In this document: positions 13,348 to 25,603 of the stretch, piece by piece | Layout: every line of letters starts with the position of its first letter | Position numbering within the stretch: the stretch's first letter is position 1 | Program-made: the position numbers and the translations under genes | The notes under the pieces: generated by a model | What the model was told of the DNA's origin: nothing | The model's database searches: none | Seen by the model: only the letters and a program-made list of their open reading frames with translations | NCBI GenBank assembly: GCA_030704615.1 | Contig: CM060733.1 | Coordinates: forward strand, 75,082,001 to 75,146,000 | DNA: 64,000 nucleotides | Direction of reading: 5' to 3' | Origin: Takakia lepidozioides | Lineage: Eukaryota > Plantae > Bryophyta

Positions 13348-13490
13348 CGTTAAGGATTTTAAGTGAATATTCTACCACGTGGACCTATCAAACGATGCCA
13401 ATTATGAATCGGAACCCATGTATACGCAGCACTTTCTGTAATTTAATTTGATATGAAAAGTGGCAGAAATGTCACTTAAAATCCTTAACG
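13348..13490. mobile_element. Small MITE-like element with ~30-bp terminal inverted repeats
   Basis: Perfect 19-bp IR cgttaaggattttaagtga / tcacttaaaatccttaacg, extending imperfectly inward. Confidence 0.6.
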
Positions 13491-13559
13491 CTGACTGATG
13501 CGTATACCCAACACAAGAAAACGTTTATGCCCCAAATCTAGAAGAGGATAGGGCTGAAT

Positions 13560-14250
13560 TCGGGGATCTGGAAAGAGAGAAAATCCTCCTGCATCCTGGC
13601 ATTCAGCACTGGATATGGGTGGAGATTTTAACATGGTAGAGGAGCCCATAGACCGCCCGGGTCCTAACAACCACACTATCTCTCAGCAGGAAAGGAATGC
13701 TTGGGAAATGCTTTGCAGGTCTATTGGGCTGCTGGATGCCACCCAACCATAATCGGGCGAGCTGCTGTATTCTTGGTCTAGCAAATCTGCTTACCTGGTC
13801 CAAACGAGTCCCACTAGGACCCATTATCCCCGGCTTTGACCACCACATCATTGAACTTACATTTCTTCCACCTGGATCCAGAGTCAAGGGCAGAGGTTAC
13901 TTTAAACTCAACCCCAACATTCTTAAGGATACGGAAATTGTGAAATCCCTGTCCAATGCCTGTGCTGCAGCAAGACCTCCCTTCTCCTCCCCCACCCTCA
14001 TGTTCCTCCATAAATTCCAAGTTGCAAGGAAAACATGTCAGGAGCTCTCTCACAGAAAAGTAGAGGATTCGGCTAGAAAGGAGAGAGCTCTGACAAAGTG
14101 CTTACATGTCTGTCAATTTCAAATTCAGGCAAGAAGACAGGGGCCCCAGACCCTGCTGCCCTACAGAACCGCTAAAACCAACCTTACCACATTTTTACAT
14201 TTCAAAGAGCAGAACTCCAGAATAAAAACTGGAGTGAATTGGTCTCTTGG

Positions 14251-14284
<34 letters not shown>

Positions 14285-15750
14285 GACAAAAAATACTGAC
14301 AAAGGAGAGCTACAGGGCCTGGTGTCTTCTCTGAAAGATGTAAATGGTACCTTTACACTCTGATCCCCAAAGACTATCTGAGATTGTTGTGGATTTTTTC
14401 AAAAGATTGTTTGGAAAATGCAACCCTTCTCCTCAATCTGACGAGGCCAAGCACATCCTCATCAATAACACTCCTTGCTCACTGTCAGATCAGGAAAAGC
14501 ATCACCTATGTGCCCCCTTTACTATGGAAGAATTGGGCCAGGCGGTTGAAGCCCTTGCCCCTTTGAAAGCTCCGGGGCTCAATGGGATATTAATGGAGTT
14601 TTTCAAAACCATTTTGCTCACCATTGCACAAGTCTTCCTCTCAATGGCAAACGACATTCTGGACAAAGGTATTATGCCATCCCAAATTTCTCAAGGCCTC
14701 ATCACCCTCATCTTTAAAAAGGGAGATAGGGACAATATAGCTAACTATCGTCCAATAACCCTTCTAAATTCTCTTGCCATCAGAATTCAGCCCTGCTGTG
14801 ACCAGACAGGTTTTTTGAAAGACCGAATGATCTTAGACAACATCCTTCTCACTCAAGAGGCCCTCCACAGAGCTACCCTAACAAACCAACCATTAGCTCT
14901 TCTCATGTTGGACTTCGAGAAAGCCTTCGATTCAATTGACTGGATCTTCCTCATTCAAGTCCTGGATAAAGCTGTGTTCCAAGGATCATTTCTTGCATGG
15001 ATTAAATTTTTTTTAACCTCGGCTTCTAGCAAGGTCATGGTCAATGGCAGAATCTCTACCTCGTTCCCCCTAGCTCGTTCGGTGAGACAGAGGTGCCCAC
15101 TGGCACCCTTCCTCTTTCTCATTGTAGCAGATAGCCTCGGTCATCTACTGGAGTCCAGACAGGATATTATTGGCCTGCACTTGCCTGCCTCTGCTATGGC
15201 TCACAACAACATGGTCAAGGTGTCCATGTATGCAGATGATACTGCACTGTTGCTGGACAATTCGAACAGACACAATATAGACAGGGCATTGCCAGCGCTG
15301 CAGACCTTCTGCTTGGCCTCTGGGCTACACATTAACTATAAAAAATCCGTGGGTATACTCTCCCTCATGCACATTAGTGCCAATACAAGACACTGTCTTC
15401 CTTGGGGAGCTGAACTTGGCCTCAAATGATTGGAGGAGGGGGAGTCACACACTCTGCTGGGTCACCAGATAGGACATAATTTGTCGGACGAACAGAGATT
15501 TGGGAGAGTTCTTCAAAAATTTGAAAAGGAAAGACCCATTGGATCCTGCTAAACATATCACATCACTTTTGGCCAGATGGGTTCCCCGCGCACTGTCACA
15601 TCATCTGTCACCCTTAGAGCAGACTGGTCCAACCCTACCTTACCGGCTCTATTCCCCGTTCATCTCCTCTATGGGTCCCGTCCTTGAGATGGATTATCCA
15701 GGGGAAAACCTCCGAGGATCTGAAATCTGCCTGTCAAGTGGGTTTTAATG
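13560..15750 (+). mobile_element. Degenerate L1-clade LINE ORF2 (APE remnant + reverse transcriptase)
   Basis: GGDFNMVEE APE motif (~13620); KAPGLNG, NYRPITLLN, LDFEKAFD, QRCPLAPFLF and YADD in ORF 14344-15429; frame broken at a 32-nt poly-G. Confidence 0.9.
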
Positions 15751-15834
15751 CTAGTTAAATTAACTAGTTCACTGGTTAATGTGAAACTAGTTAATTTACC
15801 AGTTAGTATGAAACTATCTAGTTTAAGGGAGCTA

Positions 15835-16150
15835 ATGTGAAACGAGCTATTGACACTTGAGTTTGTCCAAGTGTCAATCTAGGGCCCAAAGTTAATAATG
15901 GGCCCTGGGGGGAGTTATCCTCGCGGCAGAGGCAGTGAGGCTCATCTCTCTTGAGTTGAGCTTCACCACGTCTGGCAGCTTAGCTATGGCATTGTATACT
16001 GCAGATTCCCCAGAGCCTTGGGGTGCAATTGGCTTGACCTAATAGAGTGATCATGGATTTTGTGTGAGTTTGTGAGAGCTCGTGTGAGCTGGTGTTTAGT
16101 TTTTTATTATCACTCGAGAGAGATCCATATCTAGTCTTGTAGTGCTATGC
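15835..16150 (+). repeat. LTR-like repeat homologous to 38305-38580
   Basis: Shared blocks ttgac..ccaagtgtcaatc, ctcatct..gagttgagc.tcaccacgtc and ggggtgca.ttggct.gac.taata. The 38-kb copy lies upstream of a gypsy gag. Confidence 0.55.
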
Positions 16151-18844
16151 TAGATATAGTGTTTGTTTTAGCACTAGGTTGAGGTTATGAAGTCTAGAGA
16201 GGTAGTCGCGGTTAGTTTCAAAGCATTATTATAATGGCTCAGTATTGTACTATGTATATTCTAAGGTTTAGTACAGAGAGCTGGAACTGGAAGAGTGACC
16301 GAAGTCGTTACAGAATTTGAAGTTGTATTGATGGTCCAGCGCTGCAAGATAATTATATCTACGATATATGCATCTTCGAGCTCTGTAACTGTGGCAACAA
16401 GGGATTGCGAGTAAATTAGAGCTTGGAAGGAAGCCTGTGCTTAGCAGGAAGAGTCGTCTCGTTTGCTGTACCAGACAACCTGCGCTTGTTGCCCGTGTTG
16501 GATCCGCAAACTTGATGGTGGTGATGAACATGGATGTTTGAAGATGGCCAGTTCAGTCACTTAATGGAAGACTCGGCCTGATGCTAGGGTCTCAGGGGAC
16601 TCATCACCGAACCAGTGCCGGATTTCATGATGACCGTGTTTGTGTTGGAGTTTACGGCACTAAGAGCATCTCGGTGAGCACGGCCCGTCAAATGGTATAT
16701 ACCCTGGTTACAAGGGCGACGGTAATTTTTACAAGGACTGTTTGGTTGGCACTCCATGGTTGGGACTGTAGACCCGGTAGAGATAGCCCCGAGGCAGGCA
16801 GGCAGGCCCGCCGCTCGATCACAATCTTGGCGTGTTGACCGAGGACATCATATTTCATTAACTCACAAATAACTCACAAATTTAATGTACAGTGGTTGGC
16901 GGGGTGGGGTCCCGGTATGATTGGCAAAAGTGCCGAGCGGGAGGCAGATTTAAGGCGGGGCCGGCAGCAATTCTACTGGGCCTGAGCCAACCGTGGAGCA
17001 AGCCGAGCTACTATTTTGGACCCCGCACTGTTAGATTACCGTTTTTGGGCAAGTGTCGTGGCACCGTGGAGATGCTCCTAAGTTAGCCAAAACAGTAAGT
17101 TGATGTGTTGCCGCACTATGTCCACTGCTCTGTTGGGAGTTCGAGAACCGATGCCGACTTTCAAGTTCGCCAACTGTTGCACAAAGGCTAGATAATGAAG
17201 GGATCCTTGATATTGAGGCTGGTTATGGCCAACCTAGCAGTTAGCGCAGGATGAGGCAGCCCGCACTAGTCACCGCAAGGCAACCACTAGGTGCGTAGAG
17301 AAAAATAAAAATGAAGCTATTTGGGCAGTGATATCTAGCATTGGGTTGCGGATGATATGCTAGTGACTTGAATTGTAGTGACAACACAGTCACACAGAGC
17401 TCGTAGAGCCCACGAAGCTGCCGGTTTTGAAGTACTGTAACGGTTTATTTGTCAAATGCCAGTGTTGGCAATAAATCAGGTCATGAGGTCCACTATTAAA
17501 GCTATCTGTGACTGATTCACAGACATCAATAGGTGTGCACGATGGAGGAGCCTTCACTGGGAGAGAGCAGTTTCTGGTGGATAGTAATGACGATGAGTTG
17601 CGTGATGCGGTGATTTTCCTTGTGCAAAGGATCATTCGACTTCAGCCCATTTCCGCCATTATATGCACAAATTTGTCTGCAGCCACCTAAGCGCTTGTCT
17701 CTTCGTTCTATTACGAGTGTGAATCTTGCTCAGGGAAGTCGGTTGCTGAAGCGGATTATGTGGGCGTGGTCACTGTGTCGGAAAAGAAATCATGCCGCAA
17801 ACCTGAAATGAAGGAGGGGGTAAACGGAGCTACACGCAGTAGGGTATCAGATGGAGCTTTGGCAGCCTGACAAGTCATGCAAAGGGATGTAGTCTGCAAC
17901 CTGCAACCACCTAGGCTGTTCAGTCGTAGCTAGCTAGTGATCAGTATGTGTGCCGTGCTCTAGCATGAGGCTGGTGGGGTAGCCGGCGTTACAAGATGGA
18001 CGATCCGTGACATTCATGTTAAGTAGTATTCAGGGACAGAAGCGGGCTGGATCATAGCAGGCTCATAGGCCTGGTCTGCTCTCCGTTTGGAAAAACAAAA
18101 ACAAAAAGGTGGCTGTAGCAAGATTAGATGTATGTAGTTGTAGCTGCCTGATCTGAAATTGATGGCACAGGCATTGGTGAACCGTGAAATGAAGGTGGAG
18201 GCTGCTCAAGCACATGGGTCCTGGAGCTGAAATTGTGTTACATCTCCATTGGGAGTTATTATATGTAAATGTGGATCTGCAGTGATGGTGAAGGAAGACG
18301 GTGAAGCACGGATTAAGACTGCCAGGCACAGTGGATGCGGGGCTTCTAAAAGAGTCGTCGTCATAAGCACTTTCGCACTTGTGCAGGACTAGCCCAGCTC
18401 CAGCTCCAGCCGTATGTGGCTCGGGAGTTGTTACTATAGGGTTTGTGAGCTGTTGGTCACAGTTGAATGATGCCCAACAGGAGCAGTTGGTTCGCAATCT
18501 TGTTAATGTCTTCTTGTCACCAAATTTCCCTTTATGAATTCTGGTCACTCTTCTCAACCCGTTATTTAGCTCTGGTGCTTTCCGGGGTTGCATTGTTGGT
18601 GCGAAGGATTAAAGCTCGGCATAGCCATAGGTCGATGACAACATCTGCGGATAGCAGTTTGGTGGGAGCTAGGAGGCAAGAGCAGGGGATCATGCCCTCG
18701 GGTATTTTGCTGCTACTAGCTCTTGGTGTGGTTCTCATGGTGCGCAATACCATTAACGAAAACCTTGGTATTATACAGCCGATGCTGTAGCTGTAGTAGT
18801 TGTCACAGCCATGACCCCTGCAGATTCTACCATCAGTAATATAC

Positions 18845-20109
18845 CAGTGTTGGACCGGTATATAGGTCTTGGGCGGGTATCAACTAGGGTAAGGGTAATG
18901 GTATGAATGATCGTACCAGGCGGATACCTACAAGGGCAAAACCCGACAATACCCTGGGGGTAGGATACATGGACTTCTAAAACCCTGGCGCAAAACATAC
19001 CAGTCGGGTCTTCTTCCTCGCGCTACCATTCCAATACCATGCATGCGTCGGTTGAGGGACATGATGTAGGGGTAGGGTCTATGGTAGTTTGAGATTAGGG
19101 ATACTAACTACATATAGCATTTTCAAGAGGGCACTTCAATGAGGATGAATTACGGGATGCTAAGGATGGAGTTACATGATGTTTGAAGAGAAGTAGATGA
19201 AATGCAATTGTTAGTTTTATAGGATGTTTAAAGAGTGATAGAGAAGCAGCGTTTTTTTTATGCGCGAAATTTCGCCACTTTTTGAGGAAGAAACTGGCCT
19301 CACGAAATCTACAAAGGAATTATGGATTAAAATATGGCACTGTTTCGCATTACTGCCCTCCCTAATTCCATCATGTCAGGACGCCGCCTGTACAGCTATC
19401 GCACAGGGAAAGAGCCACATGCCATTCGGGTTGGATCCAGATGATCTTGCCTATCGATTTCTAGAAACCCTACCACCTTGCCAGCGCAAGGAGCAAAGCC
19501 TTGGGTTCAAACTCTTCCAGCTTTCGCCAAGAGGTCGAGCTATGGAGGGAACTCTTGTTTAGGTTTCGCTTATCCGCCTATTATCCGTGTCATGCACCTC
19601 CATTTAAGCAGACTTGCACCGCCTCTTGCACTGGCACATGAGGCTTTGAGCAGAGTTGCTGATCTTGGACAATATTAGTCATATTTGTCAATGGATTGTA
19701 TCCATGTGAGAGAGTTGTGCTAGGCTGGTTGCCTTTGTTTCCATGGCTTCTGAGTTCAAATGGCCATTTCAATATTGAAATGGCCCATTTGAATAGTTGA
19801 AATCTTAATATGATTTAGAGGGTCTCCGTCTATTTTTTTATTTTTTATTTTATTTTTAAGAGTTAGAAAGAATTGCACTAGTGTAGCTGGTACCAGACCC
19901 TGGCACATACCAAGCTGGTATGACTTTTAAAAGTTTGTTTGATACCATACCAGTCATATTTTCACTTTGATACCCTACCATGTACCATACCAGGCTATTA
20001 AATTTACACATCATTTGATACCAATACCATACTGGTTTCAATAATTCAACTATACCCCAATACCTTTACCCTAGTGGTATCATAAAACCATGATACCAAT
20101 CCAACACTG
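18845..20109. mobile_element. Non-autonomous hAT DNA transposon
   Basis: TIRs CAGTGTTGGA...TCCAACACTG; perfect 8-bp TSD TAATATAC (18837-18844 and 20110-20117); many subterminal ATACC/GGTAT motifs; possible dimerisation-domain remnant RLLSVSCTS near 19575-19600. Confidence 0.9.
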
Positions 20110-20141
20110 TAATATACCCGAGGGTAAATATAATTTAGAAA

Positions 20142-20292
20142 GACAACCAAGCTAAGCCCAATGGTAATGGGCACATACCACCTCGGAAGTGGTTGTGGGT
20201 TCAATCCAACGATTGGTGTCACAAAGGTGTCCCCCTTCCTAGGGGGGCAGCAACGCTTCCTTTGGGAGGCGTCAAATATATAAATATATATA
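20142..20292 (+). mobile_element. tRNA-derived SINE, family 2, copy A (internally deleted)
   Basis: A-box-like AAGCCCAATGGT, B-box-like GGTTCAATCC, 3' hairpin acgcttcctttgggaggcgt and AT tail. Confidence 0.7.
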
Positions 20293-20414
20293 TGATTTGG
20301 AAATATAGTATACCCGGAACCGGAGGGTAAGGCAAAACAATTTTTCTTCTTACCCGGACCCGGAGGATATGTCTAAAACAATATACCCGCACAACACTGG
20401 TATGTACGGATGAA

Positions 20415-20602
20415 ATATATATATATATATATGTCGCCTCCGGAAGGGAGCGTAACTTATGGTGTCTCTTCACCACAAGGGCTACTGCCTTCCAGCTGAA
20501 AGGTGGACGGACACCTTCATGACACACTAGACCGTGGTTTGAACCCACAACCACATCCAATGTGGTATGTACCCATTACCACTGGGCTACATGCTGGTTG
20601 TC
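20415..20602 (-). mobile_element. tRNA-derived SINE, family 2, copy B
   Basis: Reverse complement has TAGCCCAGTGGT (A box), GGTTCAAACC (B box), acgctcccttccggaggcg and an (AT)n tail. Confidence 0.75.
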
Positions 20603-21879
20603 ATTACATGGATGAATGTTGATAGGTGGGTAGCCTCAGGGTTCTAAGGATAGTAGTTTTTGGGAGTGAAAAAATGCACCTTGTAGGAAGTGAAGGGTTA
20701 AACCAGTGATATGAGATGAGAAACAACGAGTGGGAAGAAAGATGCGAGACTAATCCACGTGCAGGGCATCCTTCAGGGATCAGTCAATGTCAATTAGTCG
20801 GCTGAGCTTGCTAATGAAATAGATTCAAAGACAGACGACTGATGACTTTTACTCGGCTACCATGCCAAATTGCTGTCTCTGCAAACTTTCTCTAGGTATC
20901 CTCCTACCAGAACCTTGAGTCTTGCTCTATTCTTCTCTGGTGTTCTATGTTGTCTGCACAGGGAATACACATGAGTAGCTGGGATTTTTCAGGCGGTGGT
21001 TATTTCGGACCAAAGAAGAGGACGAAGATTCTGAGACTTTGGGAAGGTTTTCCATTTGATTCGACACGGGTTTTCAGCTCAGGCACTATGGATGACTGGG
21101 GTGGGTCTTATCCCTACTAACCGCTTTTGGTTTCATATGTACTGTTTCGCTCTTTCTGGCATACACCACAAGTTTCCCCTTTTACTGTTGTTTGTCATTA
21201 GCTCTGAATGTAGCCTCATGCCTTGAAATCGCATGGCAGTTGTATGAGGGTTTTGTTTGTTTGTTCATGCAACTGTCGTGTAGAGGTGGTGGTGCTCACA
21301 TTCGCCCCATGGAGGGAGTCTTCACTATATTCTGTACACGTAGAGACCTGTCCAGGTCATATTCTGTAGAACCGTAGTGATTGTGGCAAGGTTTGTGTTT
21401 GCCCTTGCAGCTACCGGACAGTGGCTGTGGGACACTCTCATCTTACTTTAGGGTTCAACTCTCATGAAGCAAAAGTTCTGACTAAACGATTTCCCGTCGC
21501 TCGTCCGTCCCCCGACAAAGACCACAAACCGGCCTCAAACATCTCACAAGGCAAACGAGGAGCAGCAAAGTACAGGTGATACACAAGAGACAAGGGGTAT
21601 GCAAGTCTAGGCGGCCAATGGTTATCATTTCGTGTACAAGGACGTGGAGGGGACGAGTACGGAGTGGGATGATATACAGCGCAAGCTGGGAAATCTTCCC
21701 CCCAAGCCTGCCCCTGAGCGCCCAGCCCTATGGAGCCCAGCACCCGATGAGAAAGAGGTGCACAAGGACAAAGAATGGGTGGCCAACAAGTATGAAGACG
21801 AGCTCGAAGATTTGGCCGATGATCCCGATCTTGACGATGATCGTTTCCTCGAGGAATATCGGTCTGCCCCTTGAGAGAA

Positions 21880-22240
21880 TGTACTTATAAGCCTTTGTTT
21901 GCCCTCGCCTTGGGAACATAGGCCCCGCACCCACTTGGGATGGAAACATAGGAAATAGGAACTACCTTTGTGAGGGGGCTCACTCCAGTAGTGTGACTTA
22001 CCTTGGTATATACAATTAGTTTGGGCTTTCCAGATATCCTTTCGAAAGCCCTTCACACAAGCATCAAGCTGCTGTGTGTGAGTAGCCCAAAAGTTAAGAC
22101 CTCAACAGGGCCAGGGCTTTAGGCTCAGCCTCGAGGTTTTCAATGTTGGTGAACAGAGGTGCAAGAACCGTGTTGTTGATGTTCCTTAGAGGTTCACTCT
22201 CTGGCGAGAATACTTGGGACAATGTTTCAGAAAATGGAGC
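21880..22240 (-). mobile_element. Diverged LINE 3' fragment in phosducin-like intron 1
   Basis: Aligns with 26090-26440 (ccagatatcct..cccttcacacaagcatcaa.ctgctgtgtgtga..gcccaaaa); translation KGFRKDIWKAQTNCIYQGKSHY resembles KGFLEDIWKTRINSLYGGKSYY. Confidence 0.75.
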
Positions 22241-22624
22241 TCCCTTGAGAGAGTGTTGTTCAGTCATGTCCAGACTTGTCGAGTCCTAGATCATTTGGAT
22301 CTAGTCGTGTGTTGTTTAACGACAGCATACATCTGGACATGGTCCAGCTCTTCAATATAGACACTAGCATTTACATAGTAACCTCACAAGTCCTGCAGTA
22401 CTCAGATTTGTGAACATGTATGCTTACAAATCTTGCAATTGCTTACAGAAAGTGTCATCATATGCAAGCAAGGCTTTGACCATAAGGTCCTTCCTACTTT
22501 CCACAGTTAGAGTAGAAACCTCCATAGATTCATACTGGAATACTCTAGTAGAGTCTATGTAAAAGTCATATGTTCCTGAAGAGGGGCACTCTCTGGTGAG
22601 AATCTCAGGCAATGCTAGAGAGAA

Positions 22625-22660
22625 TGTACTCATAAGACGTTGTTTGCCGTAGCCTTGTGG
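22625..22660 (-). mobile_element. Ultra-short (~35 bp) LINE 3' end with candidate TSD gctagagaga
   Basis: gtactcataagacgttgtttgccgtagccttgtgg is identical to 26087-26121 and is flanked by gctagagaga on both sides. Confidence 0.75.
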
Positions 22661-22662
22661 CT

Positions 22663-22693
<31 letters not shown>

Positions 22694-25603
22694 TGAGCGG
22701 TCTGGTGACATTAATGCACTGTTTCTTGGTTGGGACATGGGGCAGAGCAGGAAGAAGCTTCTTGTTGAGCTGAGAGAGGTGGTCAAGAAGGTGCGCTTTG
22801 GATGGGTGCAACCCATCACAGGCTCTGACTTCATACGGGAGGTTTCACATGCACCCCCTGATGTATGGGTTGTTGTTCTCCTTTACAAGGATGGGTCAGC
22901 TCTCTCTCCTTGTCCCTCTATTCCACTTCAATACTTCTGCCCTTTATACCCTCTCATTCACCGTGTGTGGCAATGGGAAGCTGGGTTAGTAGGACCAGGC
23001 TGTAATTGGGTGACAAAGTTCATAATTTTACTTGGATTCCATATGGTGTGCACATTCACCTAGAGACAGAACATGGATGGTTTGCAACAAAGCACCACCT
23101 ATGAGGGTCTTTGGATATTAGTGTGCAGATGTTGCTTAGGAGGAACAAGTCTACCTCTATCTGTGGTTTCCATGGAGACAATGCAAACAAGCAGCAACTA
23201 AGGCATGCACCCAGTCCCTCTACAAATTAAATTCAGTCCCTAAGGCAAGCAACAAAGCTGGGAAAAGAGCTCTTTATTTGTGTCTCCGCTCTCTGTTTTG
23301 CTCTTTTCTTTTCCCTGTTCACAGTGGTAGGATCTCTGACGTGTGTGAGTGCAGGGTTCCAGAGTGTAGCATGCTTGGGGCAGTGCCTAGATGAGCTGGC
23401 GGCGAAGTATCCAGGCACCAAATTTGTCAAAATTGTATCAACGGATTGCATCAAGGACTATCCAGACTTCAATCTCCCCACTGTTCTTGTCTATAACAAC
23501 ACCAATGTGAAGGCCACCCTGGTGGGCCTACAAAAGCTTGGAGCCCGGCATTGCACATCTGAAGGTCAGCTATGAAACATTCTTTAATGTTTTCTTTGAT
23601 GATAGGCTCTACAAATACATCCAAGGATCTGGTTCTGGGTTGATTGGGCACAAACTTCCAGTTACTCGGACTGGAATCATCCTGTTGTAAGGGTTCATTT
23701 ACATGCATTTGATGTTGCGTTCACTCTTTGTCAAATTGGGCCTGTCCTCACAGCTCCGGGGGTTGATGACACAGCTGTTACAGAGAAAGTTCGACAAGAC
23801 TTTCTTGAAAAGATGATTTCAAAACATGAGCAAGAAGAGGGTAATCAATCTGAGGATGATTGATCCATAATTCCCCATGTATCTTCCAGTGAATTTTGTG
23901 TTGATAGATATGAATAAAATCCTGTCTTTCAGGCAATGACACTTCTCAGGTTGCATTTCAAACTGCAGTGTCACATGAAATATCACCAGACTATGTGCAG
24001 CCCTTTCCTCCGATTTCATTAATAGCAGCCAGAATTTAGTAAGAGGTGAACTTCTTGCCCAAGTATTCTCCCGGATTGAGAGTAATAGCCGGAGGAAAAA
24101 ATTAAAACATGGGGGAAAGTACTTTACCTGTCATGAATATGGCTGAGTGAGGCAAATTCTTTCAATGCCCTGGAATGTGATATTTCATCATTTCCTGGGG
24201 CACAATGCGGCATATGGGGAATGTTATCTAGATTGGAAGGTAGTCAAACTTGCAAATTTTCAGCTAGATTAAAGAGGATATCAGTCACCTCTTAAGCAGG
24301 CAAGTTACCCAGCCAATGTCGATTCAGGTTATCTCCCAACTAGGGGTAGCATGACAACTATGCAGGCAAACCAGGCACAGGCACATGCACAGCCACCGCA
24401 TATTCAACCTTACTTTGCCTGCAGACTAGGGGACCACCTACAGTGTGGCTGTCAGTGTTGTGAACCACCAGGCAATCTTCCCTTCTGGAAACCAACTCTC
24501 ATCTGGGCTCTGTTTAACCAGATGTTGGATCTGCTTGTGTATATTCAAAACTAATATGCCACTGAATGCGTTAGTCACTCACAAATCATTGTTGACATTT
24601 GCAAATGATACTCCCTCACTGCCCACCTTGTAATGGGCATGGAAGGGGGAGGGGTGAGAGCAGCAGGCACCAGCTATGTGTTGAAAAGTGCTTCCTCTCA
24701 TACAGATCAAGCAGGCTCTCAAAGTAGTGATGCCAAGCTTTCATTTTGTCTCTTCTTGGTCTTAACTTATGAAACCAACTAGAGCATGGGACAATCCTTG
24801 CAAAGTCACTTTCCTTTGGAGCATCAAACTACCAGAGATTAATTTGAACTGGAATGTAAAAGAGCATCTCTGCAGGTGAGATAGCGTTTTAGTATTGCAC
24901 ATGCATCCCAAGCAACAGACTGCACTTCACATGCTTAAGTTTTGTAATGTGTGATGTATCTACAAGCCATCCATCATGTCAGTTGATGAGGAAGCCAACC
25001 AAAAACTTCCCTTTGATTTGGAATTCTGAATTCAAACTGGGTCCATGGAACACAGCACTTCCTTGGAGTGGTGTTAAGCTCTTCAATAGCATGTTGGATT
25101 CAGTGTGAACCCCTCCAGTGTCAGCCCCTTACTCCCATCTGAGACTGATTGCACTAAGTTGCCTTCATTTTCTGCAGTGGTTCCATTTCGCCCCAGTCAA
25201 TTGCCATGAAAGTTGTCACTGGAGATTCCTGCGAATGTTCTGCAGAGGATACTCTGGTCACTTCTGTGGTCTTCTACTTGCTAGGCATTTGCACAGCTGT
25301 CCCCTGCCTTCAGTCGCAGTCCATTACCTCCCACTTCATGACAACCTTAGGTGGGTAGAATGCTTGCTTTCATGTTCTCACAAACTCCAGGCCACAGAAC
25401 TCGCCTGCTCCTCCCATATCTGTTCGAATGATGGCTGGATTGCGGCAATTCTGTTCTTTGCCCTAAATTTGTATCTCCAACATTGTCATCATCTATTTCT
25501 CCATCTATGCCGAAGGTCGACCATTACCCCAGCCGGTAAAGAAAATGTGATGAATCCTGTGAAAATAAGCACCCACTCTTGAAGGCATGGAAGGCATGAA
25601 TGG

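Larger units (their letters stand above)
21608..23863 (+). pseudogene. Phosducin-like protein (PhLP2/VIAF-type thioredoxin fold) gene with apparent lesions; exons ~21611-21861, 22751-22894, 23355-23564, 23712-23863
   Basis: YHFVYKDVEGTSTEWDDIQRKLGNLP, LDDDRFLEEYR, CLDELAAKYPGTKFVKIVSTDCIKDYPDFNLPTVLVY. TAG where ATG is expected, an extra G at 23377-23380 and TG instead of AG at the last acceptor. Confidence 0.8.

Noticed and set aside
16268-18790. Several 60-176-aa ORFs
   Set aside because: No recognisable motifs or consistent exon structure; probably a degenerate retroelement interior.
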